A stretch of 64,000 nucleotides of DNA from Alphaproteobacteria bacterium. Lineage in GTDB: Bacteria > Pseudomonadota > Alphaproteobacteria > JBFXJJ01. A program made the translations under genes and the position numbers. The stretch's first letter is position 1; every line of letters starts with the position of its first letter. The DNA lies in contig JBFXJJ010000006.1 of assembly GCA_050175015.1 (NCBI GenBank), positions 1-64,000 of the forward strand. The letters run 5' to 3'. The notes beneath the pieces were generated by a model. The model ran no database searches. It was not told where the DNA came from and worked only from the letters and a program-made list of their open reading frames with translations. Positions 41,696 through 51,274 of the stretch are shown here, piece by piece.

Positions 41696-42730
41696 TTGCA
41701 GGAAAAACAAGTATTATCGATTGATGCTATGGGTGGGGATTTTGCTCCAAACATGGTAATTGGTGGTTTGTGTCTAATTCAAAAGGATTTTCCCGATTTT
41801 CATTTTTTACTTCACGGTGACGAAGCGAAAATTGCGCCTTTATTAGCAAAGAATCCACAATTGTTGTCAGCCTGCGAAATTAGACATACTCCAGATGTTA
41901 TTTCTAATGATTTAAAACCTTCTCAAGCCATTAGAACTGGCAGAAAAAGCAGTTTATGGCAAGCGATAGAAGCTGTTGAAAAAAAAGAAGCTGGTGCCGT
42001 AATTTCTGCTGGAAATACGGGTGCCTTGATGGCTATTTCTAAACTAGTACTTAAAACTATGCCTGGAATAAATCGCCCTGCTATAGTTGGTTTATTGCCA
42101 ACAACCAAAGGGCTTACCGTAATGCTTGATCTTGGAGGCAACACTGAATGTGATGCCGTAAATCTTGTACAGTTTGCCATTATGGGTGAAATTTTTTCAA
42201 GAGCCGTTTTAGGAACTAAACGTCCTAAAGTTGGGCTGCTTAATATTGGCTCCGAAGATATGAAGGGAAGAGAAGAAATCAAAGAGGCCGCAAAAATTTT
42301 AAAAGAAAGCCCTCTTGATTTGGATTTTTACGGTTTTATCGAAGGACATGACATTGGACAAGGAACAGTAGATGTTATTGTTACCGATGGTTTTTCTGGA
42401 AATATTGCATTAAAATCGATTGAAGGTACAGCAAAGCTGTTTGCTAACATTTTAAAAGAATCTGCGAAAAAAAGCTTTATTTCTAAATTAGGTTTCCTTA
42501 TTGCCTGCTCTGCAATTAAACATCTAAAGGAAAAAACCGATCCCCGTAAATATAATGGCGCAATGTTTGTCGGCTTAAATGGTATTTCCGTAAAGAGCCA
42601 CGGTGGAACAGATGCCTTTGGTTTTGCTAATGCCCTTAGGTCTACCATTAATTTAATGCGTCATGGCTTTAATGAACAAATAAAACAAGAATTAGAAAAC
42701 ATTAGCCTTTCTAATAAAACTCTTTCTTAG
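41696..42730 (+). CDS. plsX: Phosphate acyltransferase PlsX
   Basis: DAMGGD, SAGNTGA, KSHG. Confidence 0.96.
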   Translation: MQEKQVLSIDAMGGDFAPNMVIGGLCLIQKDFPDFHFLLHGDEAKIAPLLAKNPQLLSACEIRHTPDVISNDLKPSQAIRTGRKSSLWQAIEAVEKKEAGAVISAGNTGALMAISKLVLKTMPGINRPAIVGLLPTTKGLTVMLDLGGNTECDAVNLVQFAIMGEIFSRAVLGTKRPKVGLLNIGSEDMKGREEIKEAAKILKESPLDLDFYGFIEGHDIGQGTVDVIVTDGFSGNIALKSIEGTAKLFANILKESAKKSFISKLGFLIACSAIKHLKEKTDPRKYNGAMFVGLNGISVKSHGGTDAFGFANALRSTINLMRHGFNEQIKQELENISLSNKTLS

Positions 42731-42740
42731 GAAATGAAAA

Positions 42741-43718
42741 ATGACAGTATTACGGTCTCAAATAATTGGAGCTGGGCATTATTTACCAGAGCGTATTTTA
42801 ACGAATAGTGAATTATCTAAAACCGTAGATACCTCAGATGAATGGATTAGAGAAAGAACAGGCATTAAAGAACGCCACATCGCAGCAGATAATGAAAAAA
42901 CTTCGGATTTAGCTTTCAAAGCAGCTTCCAAAGCTATTGAAAATGCGAAGATAACAGCTGATGATATTGATGCTATTGTCCTTGGAACAACTACACCCGA
43001 TAATACTTTTCCAGCAACAGCTGCAAAAGTTCAAGCTTTACTTGGTATGACAAGGGGCTTTGCTTTTGATGTTCAGGCCGTTTGCTCTGGATTTATATAT
43101 GCATTAATGGCTGCAGACAACTTGATTCGCTTGAAACAAGCAAAAAAAGTACTTGTTATTGGAGCCGAGACTTTCTCGAGAATTCTTAACTGGAATGATA
43201 GAAACACTTGTGTTTTGTTTGGCGACGGTGCTGGAGCCATTGTACTTAGCGCTTGTGAAGGCGAAGGAACAAGCAACGATACTGGTATTATTGATATAAA
43301 CGTCTATTCGGATGGTCGTGAATATGAACAACTTTATCTTACTGGCGGTCCCTCTTCTTTAGAAAGAATTGGTAATATCTTTATGAATGGGCGAGAAGTT
43401 TTTAAGCATGCGGTTACAAACCTTGCTGTTGCAGCTCAAACCATTCTTGACAATAATAAGATAAAAGTCGAAGAAATTAGTTGGCTGCTTCCTCATCAAG
43501 CTAATGCTAGAATTATTGACAGCACATCAAAAAAATTGGGAATACCAAACGAAAAGGTTATTATTACAGTAGATAAGCACGCTAACACATCCGCAGCTTC
43601 GATTCCTCTAGCATTATCAGAATCAATGATGGCTGGGAAAATAAAAAAAGGTGATTTAGTAGTGATGGACGCAATGGGTGGAGGTTTCACTTGGGGCGCA
43701 GCATTAGTTCGTATATAA
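42741..43718 (+). CDS. fabH: Beta-ketoacyl-ACP synthase III
   Basis: AVCSGF, PHQAN, NTSAAS. Confidence 0.96.
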   Translation: MTVLRSQIIGAGHYLPERILTNSELSKTVDTSDEWIRERTGIKERHIAADNEKTSDLAFKAASKAIENAKITADDIDAIVLGTTTPDNTFPATAAKVQALLGMTRGFAFDVQAVCSGFIYALMAADNLIRLKQAKKVLVIGAETFSRILNWNDRNTCVLFGDGAGAIVLSACEGEGTSNDTGIIDINVYSDGREYEQLYLTGGPSSLERIGNIFMNGREVFKHAVTNLAVAAQTILDNNKIKVEEISWLLPHQANARIIDSTSKKLGIPNEKVIITVDKHANTSAASIPLALSESMMAGKIKKGDLVVMDAMGGGFTWGAALVRI

Positions 43719-43820
43719 AAAATTGCTAAAGCTGTTATAATTTTGTATAATGCTTGTAATTTGATGATTTTTGTTTAATCTTAAATTTAGTGAAACTAAA
43801 CCAAATAATTGGGTGTGCTA

Positions 43821-44117
43821 ATGGAAAACAATACTATTACTAGAGTTGATATCAGTGAAGCAATATATCACGAAGTAGGTCTTTCCCGTAAAGATACTAT
43901 GGATTTATTGGAAATGATTATTGATGAAATTTCTTCAGCCCTATCAAAAGGTGATGAGGTAAAGATTTCTTCATTTGGAACGTTTGCTGTGCGCCAAAAG
44001 AAACAAAGAATTGGCAGAAACCCAAAAACCAAACAAGAAGTTCCTATTACTCCAAGGAAAGTATTGTCTTTTAGAGCTTCTCAGCTTTTAAAAAAACGTA
44101 TCAACGATAATAAATAA
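43821..44117 (+). CDS. ihfA: Integration host factor alpha subunit
   Basis: VKISSFGTF, GRNPKT; conserved synteny. Confidence 0.93.
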   Translation: MENNTITRVDISEAIYHEVGLSRKDTMDLLEMIIDEISSALSKGDEVKISSFGTFAVRQKKQRIGRNPKTKQEVPITPRKVLSFRASQLLKKRINDNK

Positions 44118-44140
44118 TACTCTTGTGGTAAAAAGAAGAG

Positions 44141-44587
44141 ATGTCCCAAACGGAAAACCATACCTTAAAAAAGTCAAAGACGGCGTTTAGAACAATTAGC
44201 GAAGTTTCAAAAGAAGTTGAAGTCGCCCAACATGTTTTACGTTTTTGGGAAACAAAATTTCCTGAAATTCAGCCAATCAAACGTGGCGGTGGGCGTAGGT
44301 ATTACCGTGTTGATGATATTACTTTAATTAAAACAATTAAAACACTTCTTTATGAAGAACGTTACACTATTGAAGGCGTTCAAAAGCTTTTTAAAGAAAA
44401 GGGCGTAAAAAATATTATTGATGACAGTAATAGTGGGTTCTTCGCCAATGAATTTCTAGCTCCTACAGTTGAAGAGCATCAAAAGCCATCTCCCATTGAG
44501 ACGACCGCCTTAAACCAAGAAAAAATCAATAATATTTTATCCGAGCTTCAAAGCTTAAGAAATTATATTAGAACATCTAACGTCTAA
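44141..44587 (+). CDS. MerR-family regulator
   Basis: FRTISEV, HVLRFWE, GGRRYY. Confidence 0.92.
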   Translation: MSQTENHTLKKSKTAFRTISEVSKEVEVAQHVLRFWETKFPEIQPIKRGGGRRYYRVDDITLIKTIKTLLYEERYTIEGVQKLFKEKGVKNIIDDSNSGFFANEFLAPTVEEHQKPSPIETTALNQEKINNILSELQSLRNYIRTSNV

Positions 44588-44995
44588 TTGTACGTAAGGT
44601 AAGATTTATAACTTTACCCTTTAACAAGTCTATAGTTTTTTTATAAATATCTCTTTAGAACATATTTCATTTAGTTGTACGCAATTTAAGTTTCTCATTT
44701 GAGAGACAATACGCAAGAAGTGCCTCAAATATACGGTCGACACGACGCTAGCAAAATGCCCCCCAAAAAAGGACAAGCTAAAAAGCTCTACGCCCCCCTA
44801 AAATCTTGATTGGTACGCCTTTAATAAAACTTCAAGATATAAGATAACATCGATTTAAACTAACCCAATGTAATGTTATTTATGAATTTTCTAATTACAA
44901 AACGGATATGCCCACTAAAAATCCATATATAGCTAACCTTTTATAATTTAAGCTATTGCTTTAATTAATAATTATAGCTATATTTCTAAACGTGT

Positions 44996-45072
44996 CGGAG
45001 CGTGGCGCAGCCTGGTAGCGTACTAGCATGGGGCGCTAGGGGTCGGAGGTTCAAATCCTCTCGCTCCGACCA
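44996..45072 (+). tRNA. tRNA-Pro(GGG)
   Basis: CGGAGCG/CGCTCCG acceptor, AT-GGG-GC loop, TTCAAAT, CCA end. Confidence 0.97.
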
Positions 45073-45396
45073 ATTTATTTACGAACTTCATCATCAAAAA
45101 AATTTATAGCTACTTCCTATCATTTATTGAAATTCACAAAAAGTCTGCCTTTTTTTATTTTTTTCTATCTATCTAAGAACAAATAATTTCTTACTAAATT
45201 GTGTTAGCTGCAATTAAACAGCTTACATTCCAAGCTTTAAAACAATTTAAACAAAGAACTTTTTTCCTTATATGCTAAAAACTTTTTGCCTAGCTTTTCT
45301 TTCTTAGTATTAAAAAATATTTAATGCTCTTTTTATATAAAATCTTAAATTGGAATTCAGCTAATCCCGTTTATGGCACTGAACTCACTCAGGCAA

Positions 45397-45409
45397 TAAC
45401 ATATTGATA
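45397..45409 (-). promoter_or_regulatory. IHF consensus site upstream of the sigma54 promoter
   Basis: TATCAATATGTTA matches WATCAANNNNTTR. Confidence 0.5.
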
Positions 45410-45528
45410 ATAAAATATTTTTTCTAAACAAAAAAATATCCCTCTTAATTAAAGTTATTTTTATTATCAGATACACTTTAAATTTTAATTTTATTAAAAA
45501 AACAATTTATATCCGTTATAAAGTGTTT

Positions 45529-45544
45529 TGGCATACTTATTGCA
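45529..45544 (+). promoter_or_regulatory. Sigma54 -24/-12 promoter of the hook gene
   Basis: TGGCAT-ACTTA-TTGCA with GG-N10-GC spacing. Confidence 0.75.
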
Positions 45545-45595
45545 TACCACATTTTGATATTATTTTTATGTTAAGCTCACAAGGAGTTAAAAACT

Positions 45596-46831
45596 ATGAC
45601 TATTGGTCTCTTTACTTCCAGCGTTCAGGGAATGAATGTACAAAGCCATAGTATGGCACAAATAAGCACCAATATTGCAAACGTCAATACTGTAGCTTAC
45701 AAACGGTCTGAAACCAATTTTCAAACAATTTTAGGCAAAGAAAATTTGTCTCTAAATAGTTTTTCAGGCGTTGCAGCAACAGACCGCAGATACGTTGAAG
45801 ATATTGGACAATTTGTTTCAAGCAGTGGACAATACGATGTTGCAATAAACGGTTCAGGTTTTTTTGTTGTTAATGATTCTGTCGATGGTGATGGTCAAAA
45901 TTACTATACCAGAGCCGGCAACTTCAGTGGCCTTTCCTTAACTAACTCTGATGGCACCATTGATAGTTATCTAGGTACAGAAAGCGGATATTATGTTATG
46001 GGTTGGATGGCTGATGATGACGGCACATTTCCAACAGGAGAAGATCTTGAAGCTTTAAATATAGAAGCCGCAGAAGAAATAGATGGGACAGCTACAACAA
46101 GCGTGACCATAAGAGGAAATATTGCCGCTGACTGTGATGATGAATCACAATCCATCGGCCTTGCTATTTATGGACCAGATTTTGATGCCAAAAACATTTC
46201 TGCTGTATTCACGGAGACTGATACAGCCAATGTTTGGGAATTAAGTTTTGTTTCATCTGAAGGCACTGTTACCTCACCAGCAGCAGATGAGCCAATAACC
46301 GTTAGGTTTGATGATGAAGGCAACTTTGCAGAACCCACAACCGGAATACCTTTTAGTATAACTTGGGCTGACGGTAGCGGTTCTAATACTGTTGAATTAG
46401 ACATTAGTGAGATGACGCAGCTTGGCGACGAAAAAATTATTTTAGGCATTGACCAAAACGGCCAAGAAACAGGGCAACTATTATCAACTAGCTTTGATTC
46501 AAATGGCGTTCTATCTGGGATATATTCAAATGGCGTATCTAAGCCTATTTGCAAACTTGCTCAAGCTGAATTTACGGTTCCTAACAATTTAGAAGCTGTT
46601 TCTGGCAATCTTTTTAAGGCAACGTTTGAAGCTGGAGAGATAACGATAAAAGGCGATGGCGAAAATGGAGCAGCCTCTCCTTTATTAGTCAGCACATTAG
46701 AAAGCTCTAATGTTGATTTGGTTGATCAGTTCTCTAAAATGGTTATAACACAAAAAGCATACTCAACAGCAGCAACAGCCTTTAAAACTACTGATGAAAT
46801 GCTCCAAGAAGTAGCAAACCTGAAACAATAA
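45596..46831 (+). CDS. flgE: Flagellar hook protein FlgE-like
   Basis: NIANVNT, DVAINGSGFF, YTRAGNF, LESSNVDL. Confidence 0.88.
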   Translation: MTIGLFTSSVQGMNVQSHSMAQISTNIANVNTVAYKRSETNFQTILGKENLSLNSFSGVAATDRRYVEDIGQFVSSSGQYDVAINGSGFFVVNDSVDGDGQNYYTRAGNFSGLSLTNSDGTIDSYLGTESGYYVMGWMADDDGTFPTGEDLEALNIEAAEEIDGTATTSVTIRGNIAADCDDESQSIGLAIYGPDFDAKNISAVFTETDTANVWELSFVSSEGTVTSPAADEPITVRFDDEGNFAEPTTGIPFSITWADGSGSNTVELDISEMTQLGDEKIILGIDQNGQETGQLLSTSFDSNGVLSGIYSNGVSKPICKLAQAEFTVPNNLEAVSGNLFKATFEAGEITIKGDGENGAASPLLVSTLESSNVDLVDQFSKMVITQKAYSTAATAFKTTDEMLQEVANLKQ

Positions 46832-46895
46832 CTAAATATCGTTTCAGGTTTGATAAATTTTATAATAAATTAAGTCTTATAATTTTTTATAGGAC

Positions 46896-47660
46896 TTATT
46901 TTTTGCCTTTAGCTTTAGCAATAGCTTCAAGGAATGTATCTTCAGGATAAGCACCTTCAATGAAAGTTTCACCAATGATAATTCCAGGAACGCCGTTACC
47001 GCCTAAAGCTTGGAATAATTTCTGAGCAGCATTAAACATATCTCTAACAGCATCAGATTTCATATCTTTATCAAGACGTTTAACATCATAACCAACACCT
47101 TCAGCAAGTTTCAAAAGGGTTTCTCTGTTAGCATGACCACCATCTTGGAAAATAGCATCGTGTAAAGCTCTTAATTTGCTAGAATCCTGAAGACTTGCAG
47201 CATACATAATTTCAGCAGCTTCGGTTCCACCAAGTGGGTTAAGAGGCTTAAGAATCCATCTTAAAGAAGAATCTTCTTTAGCAAGTTTTTCCATTGTATC
47301 AACATTCTTTTTGCAGAATGGGCATCTGAAATCCATAAATTCAACCATATTTACGGTTCCATTTGGATTAGCAAGAATAACAGCGCCATCTAAACTGTTT
47401 AAAGCGTCTTTATTTTCATTAATAACTTTAGCATGTTCTTCTGGGGATTTAGCTTGTTCTGCAAGGTTTTTTTCTTCTTCTAAAGAAGGCATTCCAAAGA
47501 ATTTTCTCATAGAAGCATCAATAACTTTTGGATTTTCTACTACATAGTTTTCAATAGCTTTATCAAGAGCTGCTTTTCTGGTTGTATAGAAAGGAAGATA
47601 TGCCAGTATTGCAACGACAATAACAGCTAACACTACGTTTTTGTTATTTTTTTCACTCAT
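46896..47660 (-). CDS. DsbA/Com1-family thiol-disulfide oxidoreductase
   Basis: EFMDFRCPFCK, cis-Pro GVP loop. Confidence 0.88.
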   Translation of the reverse strand: MSEKNNKNVVLAVIVVAILAYLPFYTTRKAALDKAIENYVVENPKVIDASMRKFFGMPSLEEEKNLAEQAKSPEEHAKVINENKDALNSLDGAVILANPNGTVNMVEFMDFRCPFCKKNVDTMEKLAKEDSSLRWILKPLNPLGGTEAAEIMYAASLQDSSKLRALHDAIFQDGGHANRETLLKLAEGVGYDVKRLDKDMKSDAVRDMFNAAQKLFQALGGNGVPGIIIGETFIEGAYPEDTFLEAIAKAKGKK

Positions 47661-47685
47661 TAATTTTTCTCCTTAAAATTAAACA

Positions 47686-49035
47686 TCAGTCTTTTTTATT
47701 ATAAAAATTTGTTTCTTGCAAGATATCTTTCATTCTTATCCAAGAAGGTGAATCTTTAGCAAGAACATCTATTGCTTTTTTGGCATTTAGCTCTGCCATT
47801 TTAGTATCACCGATAATAAAACTATACTCAGCAGTAGCCTCCCAAGCTTTACCCATATCGTTCAACCGTCCATACCCATTAGCCATAAGGCGCCAAGCTC
47901 CAGAATTATCTTTTTCAAGATCAACAACTTTTCTTAAATAAGAAATGGCTTGATTAATATTATTGGTATTATTGGTTTCAATAAGGGCGCTTGCCAACCC
48001 ATACATCAACAAAGGATTGTTAGAGAGGTTATCAACAGCTTTTTGATAATAAGGTACAGAATCATTTATTTTAGATCCCTCAAATAATATTTGACCTTTT
48101 AATTCATTAAAATAAGGATCATTTGGAAACTCCGTAAGAAGAGAATCTAACTCTTTCAAAGAATCATTTGTTTTCAACTGGCGGTAATATGCTATTGCTC
48201 TTGCATACCTAGCTATTAAAGATACATCTTCTTTAGGATACTTACTTAAAGTTGTTACTGGATTATCTAAAAAAGCTTTTAATTTGGTAACAAGCCTTTG
48301 ATGTTTTCTAACAAAATCAGGATTAGATGGTTTGTTAGTATATTTTGAGCTTTTTACAAAGTTATCAAGAAAGCTAATTCTCTCTGGTGTTAAAGGGTGG
48401 GTTCTAAAATAAGGATCTTGGTTATTGCTTAGAAGAGCGTCATTATGATTTATTTTTTTCATAAACTGCAATAATCCCAACGAGGATTCCCCAGTTTCTT
48501 CAAGCACCTTGGTTGCATATAAATCTGCAGAGTTTTCTTCTGACCTGCGATAATTAAAATAAGACCCCATTGAAGAGGACATACCACCCATAGCAACAGC
48601 TGATCCGACATCAGAACGACCACTTGCAATCATAGCGAGACCGCCAGCTAATGTGGATAAAAGCATAGCTGTACTAGTTTTTTTGTTTTGACCTTCAAGA
48701 CGAACCAAGTGCCCGCCCACAATATGTCCTAGTTCGTGGGCAACAACGCCTATTATCTGCTCTGGAGTTTCGCTTTGAGTTAACAAACCCGTGTAAATAA
48801 AAAGATTATTACCCTTTGCTACAAAGGCATTAATTTTATTATCATTAACGATACTAACAGATATTGTGTCAGGATTAATATTGGAAGCTTCAAATATTTT
48901 TTTTGTGAATTCTTTAAGATAATTTTCAATCTCAGCATCTCGGATAATGCTCATATCTGCCTTGGTATTTGATGGGAAAAAAACCATTACAAACATAAAG
49001 CATAAAATAAATTTTAGAAAAAACCTTTTTATCAA
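47686..49035 (-). CDS. M48 metallopeptidase with TPR repeats (BepA-like)
   Basis: INAF, HELGH, THP. Confidence 0.9.
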   Translation of the reverse strand: MIKRFFLKFILCFMFVMVFFPSNTKADMSIIRDAEIENYLKEFTKKIFEASNINPDTISVSIVNDNKINAFVAKGNNLFIYTGLLTQSETPEQIIGVVAHELGHIVGGHLVRLEGQNKKTSTAMLLSTLAGGLAMIASGRSDVGSAVAMGGMSSSMGSYFNYRRSEENSADLYATKVLEETGESSLGLLQFMKKINHNDALLSNNQDPYFRTHPLTPERISFLDNFVKSSKYTNKPSNPDFVRKHQRLVTKLKAFLDNPVTTLSKYPKEDVSLIARYARAIAYYRQLKTNDSLKELDSLLTEFPNDPYFNELKGQILFEGSKINDSVPYYQKAVDNLSNNPLLMYGLASALIETNNTNNINQAISYLRKVVDLEKDNSGAWRLMANGYGRLNDMGKAWEATAEYSFIIGDTKMAELNAKKAIDVLAKDSPSWIRMKDILQETNFYNKKD

Positions 49036-49120
49036 GCAAAAAAATCCTTATATAATGCTTTCATAAGTTTAAACAACTTATACTTTGTTTCTATTAATGG
49101 GAAAAATCAAGTTAAAAGCT

Positions 49121-50515
49121 ATGAAAATGACTTTTTATAATAAAATACTACCAATTTTTTTGGTCTCCGTTTTAATCAGCTCTTGTTCTGGCAATGCTAA
49201 AGTTGCAAGAACAGTTGCTAATCAGCAAACTTTTAGAGGTATTGTCGTTTCAGATGAACCACAAGCTACCATTGTAGGGCAAAATATACTAGCCAATGGC
49301 GGAAGTGCTGGCGATGCAATGGCAGCAATGGGACTTGCGATGTCAGTTACAATGCCTTCCCGTGTAGGTTTAGATGGCAGTGGTTTTTGCCAACTCTATA
49401 ACCCTAAAGAAAAGAATGTCCAAACGCTTGATTTTATTACAAACAATTTAAGTGATTCAACTGTCATCCCTGCTCTTCCAAGAGCCTTATTTGCTATTTA
49501 TGCTAAAGCTGGTAATCTGCGTTGGCCTGAAATTGTTTTTCCTGCAGAAAGCTTAGCTAAGTTTGATATGAAAATTTCAAGAGCTTTTGTTAAAGATTTA
49601 GAAACGTTATATCAAGCAAAAAGCGATACTAAAGACATCTATCTAGCTAGATTAATCAGCCATTTCTCATCAAAAGATGGAGAGCTTTTAAAAGAAGGTA
49701 TGCCTTTTTCTCAAATTGAACTAGCTACAGTTTTAGCTGGAATTAGAAATGCCGGAGCAGGAGATTTTTATAATGGCAATTTTGCTAAAAGATATATTGA
49801 ACAAATTTCCAATTTCCATTCAGGTATTACAGCCGAAAGTTTAGCCAATTATACGCCTATATGGCTGGCATCAAACGGCTTTAAGCTTGGAAATGAAATG
49901 GCTTATTTTCCATCTGACAAATTAACATCTGATTTTGGAAGCACTATTTGGAATCAACTAGTCGGTGATAATAACGACACTTCAAATAATATTTTAAACC
50001 TTTTGAACAACAAAAATGAAGATGTCGCATCTAAAACCAACTATGCTGCCAGTGCAATAGCTGTTGATGAAAGCGGAATGGCTATCGCCTGCACCTTTTC
50101 TATGGGGAAACTCTTTGGCGAACAAAAAATATTGCCAACCCTTGGCATAGTAAAAGCTTCAAAAGCCACTGATTTATTATCAGATATAAATCAATTAGCA
50201 AAAGCATCATCAATGATAATCATCAATGAGAATGTCAACGAATTTCGTTTTATTGGATCAGCCACAGGAGAATCTGCCGTTAGTGATTTACTGAAAACTT
50301 CTTTTTACGCAAACTATCAAAAGAAGAATTTAGAAACAGCGCTTCAGGAAACAGCTGATAACGATACAAGCACTATAAATCTTGTATCATGCAAAGAAGG
50401 CTTGCCTCCCTTCCCTGATACCTGTGAAGCTTTAAACGATATTCGAGCCGATGGCTACTTTAGATTTTCTGGAGTCCCTAAAAAAGGGAAAAGACCAGCT
50501 CCTAGAGAACGGTAA
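49121..50515 (+). CDS. Gamma-glutamyltransferase-like lipoprotein (divergent)
   Basis: Lipobox ISSC; GGSAGDA, GAGDFYNG, AVDESG. Confidence 0.75.
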   Translation: MKMTFYNKILPIFLVSVLISSCSGNAKVARTVANQQTFRGIVVSDEPQATIVGQNILANGGSAGDAMAAMGLAMSVTMPSRVGLDGSGFCQLYNPKEKNVQTLDFITNNLSDSTVIPALPRALFAIYAKAGNLRWPEIVFPAESLAKFDMKISRAFVKDLETLYQAKSDTKDIYLARLISHFSSKDGELLKEGMPFSQIELATVLAGIRNAGAGDFYNGNFAKRYIEQISNFHSGITAESLANYTPIWLASNGFKLGNEMAYFPSDKLTSDFGSTIWNQLVGDNNDTSNNILNLLNNKNEDVASKTNYAASAIAVDESGMAIACTFSMGKLFGEQKILPTLGIVKASKATDLLSDINQLAKASSMIIINENVNEFRFIGSATGESAVSDLLKTSFYANYQKKNLETALQETADNDTSTINLVSCKEGLPPFPDTCEALNDIRADGYFRFSGVPKKGKRPAPRER

Positions 50516-50532
50516 TATTTTTGTGTTTTTTT

Positions 50533-50577
50533 GCTTTCCTATGGTTTAGAAACAGCGTACTTAAGCCTTAGGAAAGC
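50533..50577. terminator. Stem-loop after the ggt-like gene
   Basis: GCTTTCCTA...TAGGAAAGC. Confidence 0.55.
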
Positions 50578-50705
50578 CTTTAAACCATTGACAATAAAAA
50601 ACAAAATACTTTAAATAAAAAAACATTTGTTAAATCATTATAACAATTAAAAAACAATATTTAACAAAAATATGATTTTATATAACATATATAAGAATGA
50701 TAAAC

Positions 50706-50777
50706 CTAACTATAACAAGGATAAGCTATAGTTATAATCGAAAACAGCAGACTTAGAAATATATTTTTATTAAACAT
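50706..50777 (-). CDS. Signal-peptide exon of switch 2 (MFNKNIFLSLLFSIITIAYPCYS*)
   Basis: RBS block GAAAGGGCAAGA (50791-50780) is identical to switch 1; 18 codons precede YPCY in the repeat. Confidence 0.85.
   Translation of the reverse strand: MFNKNIFLSLLFSIITIAYPCYS
50707..50723. repeat. Switch 2 distal inverted repeat TAACT-ATAACAA-GGATA
   Basis: 16/17 identical to the reverse complement of 51258-51274. Confidence 0.88.
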
Positions 50778-50827
50778 AGTCTTGCCCTTTCTAAAATAAA
50801 TCCTAATTTTATTTTCTTATTGTCTCT

Positions 50828-50856
50828 ATTCTGCCTTATTTTAAACGGCGTTGCAA
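50828..50856 (-). promoter_or_regulatory. Candidate sigma70 promoter inside switch 2 (TTGCAA-N17-CAGAAT)
   Basis: Starts 79 nt before the leader ATG. Confidence 0.5.
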
Positions 50857-50980
50857 CAATTAAAAAAATGTCATTAAGCATCGTTTAGAGTATTTTTATC
50901 AAAATTAATTTAAAAGTTACATTTTTTTAACATTTAATTGAACTAATTTTTATGCAAAAAAATATCACCAACAGCTAATA

Positions 50981-51215
50981 TAACACCTTGATTATATTAT
51001 ATTTTATTTCAATATTATTTTAGGGTAACATATGGGTAGCAATAATATGCTAATTTTATAGAATATCTTAAAACATTATTAATATAACTTATTGAATTAA
51101 CATACTTTTTATATAAATACTTTTATTTAATGGGTAACATATAGGTAGCTTTATATAAAAAATATATAATAAAAATCTAAAAAATAAAAAATGTAATATT
51201 TATAACATATTGATT
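50981..51215. promoter_or_regulatory. Array of 3 IHF-like sites (50981-50993, 51085-51097, 51203-51215) alternating with 2 GGGTARC-like box pairs (51023-51040, 51132-51149)
   Basis: Two perfect and one 1-mismatch WATCAANNNNTTR on the minus strand; GGGTAAC-ATAT-RGGTAGC twice. Confidence 0.7.
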
Positions 51216-51257
51216 TTAAATATCTTTTTTATATCTTTTTTTCAATACATTTGAATA

Positions 51258-51274
51258 TATCCTTGTTATGGTTA
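51258..51274. repeat. Switch 2 gene-proximal inverted repeat TATCC-TTGTTAT-GGTTA
   Basis: Partner of 50707-50723. Confidence 0.88.

Larger units (their letters stand above)
50707..51274. mobile_element. Putative invertible phase-variation switch 2 (568 bp, OFF orientation)
   Basis: Same architecture as 1628-2200. Confidence 0.85.

Noticed and set aside
51268-51270. ATG at the repeat as a native start (likewise ATG 1652-1650 at locus 1)
   Set aside because: Both are out of frame with the GLUG ORFs
1628-51274. One 50-kb inversion or shufflon between the two GLUG loci
   Set aside because: The spacers differ between loci, each locus has its own matched local partner, and the interval holds essential genes
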